Shown: positions 1 to 8,708 of the stretch, one piece after another | Layout of the letters: each line of letters opens with the position of its first letter | Numbering within the stretch: the first letter of the stretch is position 1 | NCBI GenBank assembly: GCA_044229145.1 | Contig: JBGATO010000001.1 | Coordinates: 1 to 64,000, forward strand | DNA: 64,000 bases | Direction of reading: 5' to 3' | Source: Candidatus Eiseniibacteriota bacterium | GTDB lineage: Bacteria; Eisenbacteria; RBG-16-71-46; CAZEPH01 | Notes under the pieces: model-generated | Database searches by the model: none | Told to the model about the DNA's origin: nothing | The model's input: only the letters and a program-made list of their open reading frames with translations | Made by a program: the position numbers and the translations under genes

Positions 1-936
1 ATCATCGATCTGCACCACGACGCCACGACCCAGGAGCGCGCGCTCCACGTCCGCGAGCACGCCCTCCCAGGCCGCCGGCGAGGGCATCGGCCCCCCGCGC
101 AGCGACAGACGCTCTGCACCGCACTCCGCGATGAGGCCCGCGGCACGCAGGCCGAGCCGCGCGAGATCGCTCCGGCGCGGCGCGCACACATGCGATGCGC
201 CGCACCACAGGGATCCGGCCGCACATCCGCGCGCGACCTCGATTGCGGCGACATCGTCGCCGCCGTCCACCAACGGCAGCGGCCACTCCCGCGGCGGAAA
301 CGGCAACGCTCCCTGGAGGATGCCGCCCGTGCTCGCCGCACCTGCGGCGATATCCCACGACTCCGGATCGCCCGCGACGCACAGATCCGCCCAGGGTGCA
401 CAGAGGTGCGGCCACGCTGCAGCCGCGCCGACGAAGACGATACGCGGGTCGCCGGGCGCGCGGCGCCTGCGCTCAGGTTCGACACCTGCGGCGGTGCACA
501 ATTCGATGAACCGCGCGATATCCACGAGCTCGGCGACGTACACGACCCACGTGTCGAACGTCCGCGCATGCAACCCCAAGAGCGCGGACGGCCACGCCGC
601 CCCGACGCGCCGCGCCAAGTGGCGCACGTCATCGCCCGGAACATGCAGGGTGTCGACGGTGAGCTGGGAGAACGTCGCCGCGGCGTGCACGGCACGCAGA
701 GCGGGAATCCAGGCGGGCAGTCGCGAATCGCCGGGTGCGCAGAGGAGCACGCTGCCCCGCGCGGGATGGGGCTCCGCACTATCGCGGGCGTCCAGCGCGC
801 GATAGCGGCCAGGGCGGCCAACCAGCGGGAGGAGCGTGCGCCAGGGCTCGCCCTCCCACGCGGACGTGCGGGAACTGGCGCTGCGTGTCGGGTCGAGCGC
901 CTCGCGGAGCGAGGCCGGGTCGAAGTTCACGAACAT
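1..936 (-). CDS. Divergent B12-binding radical SAM-like protein (TIGR03960-like), partial, runs off left edge
   Basis: Not in the ORF track. Manual translation shows the frame open from 1110 to base 1, with ATG at 936 (or GTG at 930). Contains 'LLPLVGRPGRY' near the N-terminus and 'IEVARGCAAGSLWCGASHVCAPRRS'. Lies downstream of rodA, where this family is often found. Confidence 0.55.
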   Translation of the reverse strand, partial: MFVNFDPASLREALDPTRSASSRTSAWEGEPWRTLLPLVGRPGRYRALDARDSAEPHPARGSVLLCAPGDSRLPAWIPALRAVHAAATFSQLTVDTLHVPGDDVRHLARRVGAAWPSALLGLHARTFDTWVVYVAELVDIARFIELCTAAGVEPERRRRAPGDPRIVFVGAAAAWPHLCAPWADLCVAGDPESWDIAAGAASTGGILQGALPFPPREWPLPLVDGGDDVAAIEVARGCAAGSLWCGASHVCAPRRSDLARLGLRAAGLIAECGAERLSLRGGPMPSPAAWEGVLADVERALLGRGVVVQIDD

Positions 937-1178
937 CCTTGCGTGCAGACGCGCGACAGCGGCGCCCTTGAAGGTCACCGGCTTCGCACGCTCGGCCTTG
1001 CACCGACGAAGATGCGCCCCGGCACTGCAGGGGCGTCGTGCGCGATGACACGGCCAAGAGGTGATGCTGCCCGACACTGGTCGGCTCGAATTCGGTCCGC
1101 CCCGGACGCCTCAGGGGGCAACAGCCTGCGCGCGTCCGTCTTCCCCACCCTCTCCCCGAATCCCTACGCCACGCCGGC

Positions 1179-1207
1179 ATGCTACCACCGGAGCGGAAAG
1201 GCGACAA
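1179..1207 (-). promoter_or_regulatory. Putative sigma70 promoter TTGTCG-17-TAGCAT (TGn extended -10)
   Basis: -35 at 1202-1207, -10 at 1179-1184, 17-nt spacer, upstream of the radical SAM-like gene. Confidence 0.5.
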
Positions 1208-1221
1208 GCACCGCGGCCCGC

Positions 1222-1941
1222 TCACACGGCCTCCGCGAAGGCCGCGCAGAGCACGCTCTCCGCCCCGCCCGCCTGCAAGACCGCGGCGCACGCATGGAAT
1301 GTCGCGCCCGTGGTGAGCACGTCATCGATCAGCAGCACGCAGCGCGGCACCGCCTGCTCCGGCGAGCGCACCGCGAACGCGCTCTCGACTCCATGGGCCC
1401 GGCGATCCCGTGCGCGCCGCTGCGTTTGTGTGCCGGTGCGCCGTGTGCGCCGAAGGATACCCGCGTCCACTGGTAGGGCGAGAACATCGCCGACCACCCG
1501 CGCCAGCGCCGCCGCTTGATTGAACCCGCGCTCCCGCTCGCGGCCACGGTGTAGCGGAACCGGCACCACGGCCAGCGCCTCCTGGCGCCATCCCGGAGGC
1601 AGGGCGGCGGCGATCGCGTGCCCCAGCGGAACGGCGAGTGGCGCGATGCCGTCATACTTCAACGTGTGAACGAGGGTGAGCGCGGCCGGCTCCGCGACGG
1701 TGGCCGCGCAGGTGCGCAGCGCGGCGTGGTGGGGATCCGCACAACTGCGCATCGACGCCGCGCGTCCCGCCAAGCGACACGTCAAGCAGGCCGGGGGCGG
1801 CGCGGCGGGCAGGCTGCCGGCACACGCATCGCACAGCGGCGCCCAGTGGGCCGGAAGGCCGGCCCCGCACAGCACACATCGCTGCGGCACGAGTGCCGAC
1901 AACCCCGCGTCGAGAACCTTCCTCCCCCACGTCATCCCCAC
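1222..1941 (-). CDS. comF: ComF family amidophosphoribosyltransferase-like protein
   Basis: N-terminal CxxC pairs, 'PVPLH..RERERGFNQA', PRPP loop 'LLIDDVLTTGAT'. Confidence 0.9.
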   Translation of the reverse strand: MGMTWGRKVLDAGLSALVPQRCVLCGAGLPAHWAPLCDACAGSLPAAPPPACLTCRLAGRAASMRSCADPHHAALRTCAATVAEPAALTLVHTLKYDGIAPLAVPLGHAIAAALPPGWRQEALAVVPVPLHRGRERERGFNQAAALARVVGDVLALPVDAGILRRTRRTGTQTQRRARDRRAHGVESAFAVRSPEQAVPRCVLLIDDVLTTGATFHACAAVLQAGGAESVLCAAFAEAV

Positions 1942-1956
1942 CCACGGCTCCCTTCG

Positions 1957-2826
1957 CTACCCTCCCGCGGCCACCAGCGCCGCCCGATACAATTCGAGCG
2001 GCGGTGCCTCGCCCCACCACAGCGCCGCCGAAAGCACGGCTTGATGCAACAACATGCCGCGCCCATTCTCCACCACGTGACCGCGTGCGCCGGCCTCGCG
2101 CAGCCACGTGCTCGCGGCACCGTACGTCATGTCGGCGATGCGCGCCTGGGGCGCGACACGATCGAGCACCAAGCGTGCCATGGCCGGTGTCAGCGCGTGG
2201 GGCGGCAGACTCGAGATCACCACGTCTCCGTGTGCCAACGTGCCGCCCGCGTACACTTCTTCGAGACCGACCACACTCCATCGGTCGCCTCCCACGCGCG
2301 CCACACCGCGTGTGGTGCGCACCGCGCGCGCGGGATCACGCGCCACGGCGCGCACTGAGTGCGCACCGGCTTCGAGCAACGCCAAAGCGACGCTGCGCGC
2401 CGCCCCGCCGGTTCCCAACAACACGACGTTGGCCCCGTCGACCGCAACGTCGATCTCCTCCAGCCAGCGGACGTAGCCGTCGCCGTCGGTGGTCTCGCCG
2501 CGCCATCCGTCGGCGTGGCGCACCAGCGTGTTCACCGAACCGGCGAGCGCCGCCGCCTCCGACAGTTCGCGGCACGCCCCCTGCACGTCCTCCTTGTGAG
2601 GCGCGGTCACGTTCACACCGCGCACCCCCGCGGCGTGCAGCCCCTCCACCGCACGCACGAGATGCTCTGCCGTCACCGGCAGGGCGACGTACACGGCATC
2701 GCGTCCCATGCGCGCCCACGCGAGGCTGTGCAGAGCCGGCGACAACGAATGCGCCACCGGATCGCCGACGATCGCGAACACCTCCGTGTGTCCGCTGGGC
2801 AGCGGAACCACGTTCTCAGTAGTCAT
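1957..2826 (-). CDS. aroE: Shikimate dehydrogenase
   Basis: 'GDPVAHSLSP', 'NVTAPHK', 'SVNTL', 'TDGDG', 'GTGGAA', 'GRGMLLHQA'. Confidence 0.93.
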   Translation of the reverse strand: MTTENVVPLPSGHTEVFAIVGDPVAHSLSPALHSLAWARMGRDAVYVALPVTAEHLVRAVEGLHAAGVRGVNVTAPHKEDVQGACRELSEAAALAGSVNTLVRHADGWRGETTDGDGYVRWLEEIDVAVDGANVVLLGTGGAARSVALALLEAGAHSVRAVARDPARAVRTTRGVARVGGDRWSVVGLEEVYAGGTLAHGDVVISSLPPHALTPAMARLVLDRVAPQARIADMTYGAASTWLREAGARGHVVENGRGMLLHQAVLSAALWWGEAPPLELYRAALVAAGG

Positions 2827-4063
2827 GGCGGCGGATCGACACGTTCGCGAGGAGCCCGATCTCGAACAACGTCGTCATGAGCGAGCTTCCTCCGTACGAA
2901 ATGAGCGGCAGCGGCAGTCCGGTGACCGGCGCCAATCCGACCGTCATCCAGACATTCACCAGGATGTTGTAGAGCAACACGCCAACCATCCCGAGCGCCA
3001 CCACGCTGGCGAATTTGTTGCGCGCTTGGTAGGCGATCAACACACCGTTGGTGAGCAGCAAGGTGAACAAGAGCAGAATCGTCGCCGTCGCCACGAATCC
3101 GCCCTCCTCTCCCACGACGCAGAAGATGAAGTCGGTGTGTTGCTCCGGCAGGAAAGACAGGCGCTTCTGCGTGCCCTGCAGATAGCCCTTGCCGGTGACG
3201 CCGCCGGAGCCCAGCGCGATCTTCGACTGGATGATCTGGTAGCCGGCGCCGTAGGGATCCTTCGACGGATCGAGGAACGTCGTGATGCGTTGTTTCTGGT
3301 AGTCGTGGAGATGATTCCACGCGCGCGGCGCGGCGATCCCGGCGCCGATGTTGACGACCAACAGGAGGACCGCCACCCACGTCCCCATGCGGTCGCGCGA
3401 GTTCCACAACACCAGGGCGAAGACCACGATGTAGGCGATCCACACCCGCACCGAGATCAACGCAAGCAGGTTAGCCACCGGCGACGCGACGAGCAACAGG
3501 CCGAACAGCGGAAAGCCCGCCCAGTACATCAGCGGCAACGGCAACGAGAGGAAACTCACCGCGGTGCCGAGGTCGGGCTGCTTCATCACCAACGCGGCCG
3601 GCAGCGCGCACACACCCAGACAGACGAACAACCGCTTCGGCCGAATCGTCTCATGCGGCCGTCCGCTGAGCAGCCGCGCGAGCAGGAGCACCGTACCGAT
3701 CTTCGCCATCTCCGACGGCTGGAAATGCAGCGGACCGAATTCGATCCACCGCGTCGCCCCGAGGTGCGCGCGTCCGAGCACCAGGGTGATCAGCACGCCG
3801 ACCAGCGAGGCGCCATAGACCAGCGTGGCGAGCGGCCCGTCGTAGAAGCGCACCGGGAACAAGGCGCCGACCAGGAACGCGGCGATGCCGATGACGATGA
3901 ACACCAGTTGCTTGACGTGCGAGCCATGCTCCCGTGTGCCGGGGAAGCTGGTTGCGCTGTAGACCGCCAGGAAACCGAGGACGAGCAGCAGCACGGTGCT
4001 GACCACGAGCACTTTGTCGACGGCCCGGAAGCCATGCGCGACGCGCTGGGAGGACGAGGCCAT
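2816..4063 (-). CDS. rodA: Rod shape-determining SEDS protein RodA
   Basis: Multiple TM segments; 'QPSEMAK', 'QPDLGT', 'PEQHTDFIF', 'PLISYGGSS'; follows mrdA. Confidence 0.95.
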   Translation of the reverse strand: MASSSQRVAHGFRAVDKVLVVSTVLLLVLGFLAVYSATSFPGTREHGSHVKQLVFIVIGIAAFLVGALFPVRFYDGPLATLVYGASLVGVLITLVLGRAHLGATRWIEFGPLHFQPSEMAKIGTVLLLARLLSGRPHETIRPKRLFVCLGVCALPAALVMKQPDLGTAVSFLSLPLPLMYWAGFPLFGLLLVASPVANLLALISVRVWIAYIVVFALVLWNSRDRMGTWVAVLLLVVNIGAGIAAPRAWNHLHDYQKQRITTFLDPSKDPYGAGYQIIQSKIALGSGGVTGKGYLQGTQKRLSFLPEQHTDFIFCVVGEEGGFVATATILLLFTLLLTNGVLIAYQARNKFASVVALGMVGVLLYNILVNVWMTVGLAPVTGLPLPLISYGGSSLMTTLFEIGLLANVSIRRHDY

Positions 4064-4065
4064 GG

Positions 4066-5964
4066 CTAGTCGCTCGGCACCGTGAGCGTGTCGGCGGGAT
4101 TGAGGGGGCGGGGTGCCGCGGGACGCAGCAGCGATCCGCTGGTGGCGAGCGGCGCCGGCGCCGCGGTGCTATCGGTGGGCGGCAGCACGATCGCCTCCAT
4201 GACCTTGCGCGCGATCGGCGCCGCGAAGGTGCCGCCGTGCCCGACGTTCTCCACCATCACGGCCACCACGATGCGGGCATCCTCCATCGGCGCGCAGCCG
4301 ACGAACAGCGCGTGGTCCTTGCCGTGCGGATTCTGCGCGGTGCCAGTTTTGCCGCCCACGTGCACGCCCGGAATGCGCGCACGCCCGCCGGTGCCGCCGC
4401 CCTCTTCGACCACCGCCTGCAGGCCCTGTTTCACGAGCTCGAGCGTCTCCGGCGCGATCGGCAGCGGCGCGCCCACCGACTGCTTTTCCGCCACGCGGAC
4501 GCTGCCGTCGGCCTCCACGACCTTCAGCAACACATGAGGCGTCACGATGCGCCCGCCGTTGACCAGAAGACAGTAGAAGCGCGCCAAGCCGAGGGGCGTC
4601 TGCAGCAATTCCGCCTGGCCGATGCCGAGCGATAACACGACGCCACGCCCCCAGCGCCGCGGGCCGAAGCGCTTGTCGTACCACGCGGTGCTCGGCACGA
4701 AGCATTTGCGCTCCTGCGGCAGGTCGATGCCCGTCTTGCCGATCAGACCGCAGGTCTCCGACCACCGATGCAGTCCATCGATCCCGACGCGCAGCCCAAG
4801 TTGGTAGAAGTAGGTGTCACACGAGCGCGCCAACGCTCCGACGAATGCCTGCGACCCGTGGCCCGCGTGGAACCAACAGCGGAAGAAGCGCCCGCCGTAG
4901 AAGAAGCCGCCGCCGCACGGCACCATGCGGGTTTCGGCCGTCACCTTGCCGTCTTCGAGCGCCGCCAGTCCGGTCAGCGGCTTCCAGGTCGACCCCGGCG
5001 GATACGCCGCCTGTATCGGGCGATCCAGCAATGGGAAGCTCTTGTCGCCCAGCAGCTGCTTCCAGCGCTTGGCGGTCAATCCCACGGCGAACTCGCCGGG
5101 ATCGAACGCCGGACGGCTGACCAGCGCCAGCACGCGGCCGTTGCGCGGGTCGAGCGCGACCAGCCCCCCGCGCAGCGAGTCGGGAAACGCCTCTTCGGCG
5201 GCGCGCTGGGCACGCGCATCGAGCGTCAGGTAGAGATCCGGCCCGCGCACCGGCAGCCGCGGCGGCCGGTCGCTCAGTGTGCCGATCCGCTGCCCGAGCG
5301 CGTTCAGCATCACGTACTCTTCGCCGTCGTGGCCGCGCAGATATTCTTCGTACTGCTTCTCGACCCCGCTGCGCCCGATCATGTCGCCGACGCGATAGCC
5401 GTCGGCCTTGCGTTCGACCAGCTCCTCTTCGGTGATTTCGCTCAAGTACCCGAGCACGTGCGAGGCGAACGTCCCGGGATAGTGGCGCAACGGTTCGGTC
5501 TGAATCGACACGCCGGGCAGATCGATGCGGTGCTCTTCGATCGTGGCGACCGCGACGGGATCGAGATTGCGTCGCACCGGAACCGGGCCGAATGCTGCAC
5601 CCTTCTGCTTGCGGAAGCGTTCGCGGAGATCGTCGGCCGGCACGCCGAGCAGTGCGGCCACGTGCCCGAGCACGCTGTCCGCTCCGACTTGGGTCAGCCG
5701 CGGATTCAACGGATCCACCGCGAGCGTGAACGACGGCACGCTGTCCACCAACAGCTCGCCCTTGGCGTCGCGGATGACGCCGCGCGCCGCGGGGATGACG
5801 ACGAGACGGACCGCGTTGTCTTCCGCCATCTGGCGATACGTCTCGCTCTGCACGACCTGGATCTGGAACAGCCGTACGATGGCCGCCGCAAAAAGCGTGG
5901 CGATCAGGATGGTGAAGCCGACGGCGGCGCGCTTGCGCTCGAGATCACCGTGCGCCCGTGGCAT
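4066..5964 (-). CDS. mrdA: Penicillin-binding protein 2
   Basis: N-terminal TM; SxxK 'PGSTWKP', 'SCD', 'GKTGTAQ'. Confidence 0.95.
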   Translation of the reverse strand: MPRAHGDLERKRAAVGFTILIATLFAAAIVRLFQIQVVQSETYRQMAEDNAVRLVVIPAARGVIRDAKGELLVDSVPSFTLAVDPLNPRLTQVGADSVLGHVAALLGVPADDLRERFRKQKGAAFGPVPVRRNLDPVAVATIEEHRIDLPGVSIQTEPLRHYPGTFASHVLGYLSEITEEELVERKADGYRVGDMIGRSGVEKQYEEYLRGHDGEEYVMLNALGQRIGTLSDRPPRLPVRGPDLYLTLDARAQRAAEEAFPDSLRGGLVALDPRNGRVLALVSRPAFDPGEFAVGLTAKRWKQLLGDKSFPLLDRPIQAAYPPGSTWKPLTGLAALEDGKVTAETRMVPCGGGFFYGGRFFRCWFHAGHGSQAFVGALARSCDTYFYQLGLRVGIDGLHRWSETCGLIGKTGIDLPQERKCFVPSTAWYDKRFGPRRWGRGVVLSLGIGQAELLQTPLGLARFYCLLVNGGRIVTPHVLLKVVEADGSVRVAEKQSVGAPLPIAPETLELVKQGLQAVVEEGGGTGGRARIPGVHVGGKTGTAQNPHGKDHALFVGCAPMEDARIVVAVMVENVGHGGTFAAPIARKVMEAIVLPPTDSTAAPAPLATSGSLLRPAAPRPLNPADTLTVPSD

Positions 5965-6451
5965 GCTCCCACCTGATCTGCCAGTGCAGCACGTGCGCCA
6001 GCCACGCGGCCAGCGGCGGACCCGCCAGTGCGGTGGCCGCGGCCGCTGGCAGCGATTGACGCGAGATCAACCCGGCAACCGAAAGCACGCTCGCGTGTCC
6101 GGCGACCCACGCCGCAACCGCATCGCACACCAGCACACCGACGAACAAGCACGCCGCCTGCGCCGGCCAGCGATCGCGGTACACCGCACGCCACACATGC
6201 CCGGTGAGGAACCCCACCACGATGCCGCCTGCCGCATGCGCGCCAAAGGACGCCGGGGACAGCGCATCGACCAAGAGTCCGCCGCAGAGTCCCGCGGTCA
6301 TCCCGACGCCGGCACGACGCGTCAGCGCCGCGTACGAGACCACCGTCACCCACAGTACCGGCCGGAACCCGGCCACCGCGCACAGCGGCATCACGGTCGC
6401 ATCGAGCACGGTGGCGAGCAACACGGCGAGGGCGATCTGGCGGTCGGTCAT
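5945..6451 (-). CDS. mreD: Rod shape-determining protein MreD
   Basis: Hydrophobic ~168 aa starting MTDRQIALAV; 'GLLVDALS...FG'; between mreC and mrdA. Confidence 0.8.
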   Translation of the reverse strand: MTDRQIALAVLLATVLDATVMPLCAVAGFRPVLWVTVVSYAALTRRAGVGMTAGLCGGLLVDALSPASFGAHAAGGIVVGFLTGHVWRAVYRDRWPAQAACLFVGVLVCDAVAAWVAGHASVLSVAGLISRQSLPAAAATALAGPPLAAWLAHVLHWQIRWEHATGAR

Positions 6452-6458
6452 CGCGGCC

Positions 6459-7346
6459 TCACGGCATCGGCACGACGCGGCGGGGATCGAACGCGAGCGC
6501 CATCGGATAGCGGTCGAGCCACAACGCGGTGAGCGAATCGCCCGGCGCCACGGCGTCGGCGAGCACCAAGAGGTCGGTGAGCCGGCCGAAGTGCGTCGAC
6601 ACGTCGACATCGATCGACTTCACGAGGCCGCGCGCTTCGATGCCGACGCGCGTCACGCGTCCGACCCGAATGCCACGCGGAAATACACCGCCGTAGCCGG
6701 TGGACAGCAAGAGGTCGCCAGTCTGCACGTCGGCGCGTGCCGGAACATCATCGAGCATGAACCGCGGTGCCGCGCCGGTGCGCCACACCACGATGCCGGT
6801 TTCGCGCGAACGCTCGTCGTAGACCGACACCGGGCTGTCTTCCGTGTCGAGCGTGCGTACCCAACTCTGATGCGCCTCGGCGCGCAGCACGCGCCCCGCG
6901 AGTCCGTCGAGGCTCAGCACCGGCTGCCTCGCCGTCACTCCATCGGCGCTGCCACGGTCGAGGATGACGCCGCCGCCTTGGCGGTCGGCGCTGCGCGCGA
7001 TCACCCGCGCCGGCACCAGCCGATACGGTGAACGCGCCTGGAATCCGATGATATCGCGGTAGCGCGCATTCTCACTCGCGATGTCACTGAGGGTGCTCTG
7101 CAGTGCGTGCAGTCGCGCCACCTCCGCCTTCAACGCGCGGTTCTCCGCCCACACCGACCCGGCTCCCCACACGCTGCGCACCGCGCGTCCGAGCGGGGCC
7201 ACCACGAATTCGACCGGCGCCGCCACCACGCGCCGCACCGCGTCGGCCACGACCGGCGCGCGCGAGACGGCGATCGCCGCTCCCACCAACACCACCGCAA
7301 TCGCCAGACTGGCGATCCGGGCACCGACGCCGTCGTGTCGCGCCAC
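6459..7346 (-). CDS. mreC: Rod shape-determining protein MreC
   Basis: TM plus coiled coil ('ENRALK', 'ENARYR'), 'ARVIAR', 'LDRGSADGV', 'TGYGGVFPRGIRVGRV'. Confidence 0.92.
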   Translation of the reverse strand: MARHDGVGARIASLAIAVVLVGAAIAVSRAPVVADAVRRVVAAPVEFVVAPLGRAVRSVWGAGSVWAENRALKAEVARLHALQSTLSDIASENARYRDIIGFQARSPYRLVPARVIARSADRQGGGVILDRGSADGVTARQPVLSLDGLAGRVLRAEAHQSWVRTLDTEDSPVSVYDERSRETGIVVWRTGAAPRFMLDDVPARADVQTGDLLLSTGYGGVFPRGIRVGRVTRVGIEARGLVKSIDVDVSTHFGRLTDLLVLADAVAPGDSLTALWLDRYPMALAFDPRRVVPMP

Positions 7347-7352
7347 GCGTCC

Positions 7353-8399
7353 TTAGCTCCGCGGACCCCGGAGCAGCACCTTCTCGTAGGCCTTCGGGTT
7401 GTCGAGGATCTTGCCGCAGCCCTTGACCACGCACAGCAGCGGATCCTCCGCCACGAACACCGGCAGGTTGGTCGCTTCCTGCAGCAGCACGTCGAGACCG
7501 CGCAACAGCGAGCCGCCGCCGGTCATCACGATGCCCTTGTCGACGATGTCGGCCGCGAGTTCGGGCGGCGTCTGCTCGAGCGACTGCTTGAGGGCGTCGA
7601 CGATCGCGCTGATCGTCGCCTGCAATGCGCCGCGGATTTCGCTCTCGCTGACCCGCACCGTCTTCGGCACGCCCTTGATGAGGTCGCGGCCCTTCACCTC
7701 TAGCGTCTCGTCGGTGCCGAGATCGAATGCGGAGCCGATCTGGATCTTGATCTGCTCCGCGGTCTGATCGCCGATGAGAAGATTGTGCGTCGACTTGACG
7801 TACTGGAGGATCGCTTCGTCCATCTCGTCGCCGCCCTGGCGGATCGAGGTGTCGTTGACGATGCCGTTGAGTGCCATGACGGCGATTTCGGTCGTGCCAC
7901 CGCCGATGTCGATGACCATGTTGCCGCACGCTTCGTCGATTGGCAGCCCGACGCCGATGGCGGCGGCGATGGGCTCGGCGACCAGCAATACCTCGCGCGC
8001 GCCGGCGTTCTCCGCCGAGTCGCGCACCGCGCGCTTCTCCACTTCGGTGATGCCGCTCGGCACGCAGATGATGATCAGCGGCCGCACGAAGTGGCGGAAC
8101 AAGCGCTGACGCTGCACCTTGCGGATGAACTGCGCGAGCAGCTTCTCGGTGACTTCGAAGTCGGCGATCACGCCATCCTTCAGCGGCCGCACGACGGAGA
8201 CATCGTCGGGCGTCTTGCCGAGCATCGTCTTGGCATCGCGGCCCACCGCGATGACTTCGTCGGTGCGGCGATCCACCGCGACGACGGTCGGTTCGTTCAA
8301 CACGAGGCCGCGTCCGCGCACGTACACCAAAGTGTTGGCCGTGCCGAGGTCAACGGCGACATCATTCGAGACCATGCCCAGCAGGCTGTCCCAGATCAT
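7353..8399 (-). CDS. mreB: Rod shape-determining protein MreB
   Basis: 'DLGTANT', 'PLKDGVIADF', 'DIGGGTTE', 'TGGGSLL'; ATG at 8399 with GAGGAG RBS. Confidence 0.97.
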   Translation of the reverse strand: MIWDSLLGMVSNDVAVDLGTANTLVYVRGRGLVLNEPTVVAVDRRTDEVIAVGRDAKTMLGKTPDDVSVVRPLKDGVIADFEVTEKLLAQFIRKVQRQRLFRHFVRPLIIICVPSGITEVEKRAVRDSAENAGAREVLLVAEPIAAAIGVGLPIDEACGNMVIDIGGGTTEIAVMALNGIVNDTSIRQGGDEMDEAILQYVKSTHNLLIGDQTAEQIKIQIGSAFDLGTDETLEVKGRDLIKGVPKTVRVSESEIRGALQATISAIVDALKQSLEQTPPELAADIVDKGIVMTGGGSLLRGLDVLLQEATNLPVFVAEDPLLCVVKGCGKILDNPKAYEKVLLRGPRS

Positions 8400-8665
8400 T
8401 GCGGCTCCTCGTGTGACGTGGAAGGCGGTGGGGGCAGCGGCGCACGGCGCCGGACGGCGCGGCGCGGCGAAGCGGGTAGGAGCGCGGAGGACGACGCGGC
8501 GTCGGACCGCGGACGGCCGACGGAGTCGCGGGCCCGGTTCCCCTCGCCGGCGGAGTGGGGGGAAACCGTGTAACCACAAGGTGCGGTGACGCTTGGACCG
8601 GGCGCCGGGGGATCCGTTCCCCACCAGATTCGCGCACCCTTCCAGACTGTGCGCGTGACGCGGGC

Positions 8666-8694
8666 AGAGTAGCAACTCCCTCGCCGAACCGCAA
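8666..8694 (-). promoter_or_regulatory. Putative sigma70 promoter of mre operon, TTGCGG-17-TACTCT (TGn)
   Basis: -35 at 8689-8694, -10 at 8666-8671. Confidence 0.5.
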
Positions 8695-8708
8695 TGCCGC
8701 CCTGAAAC

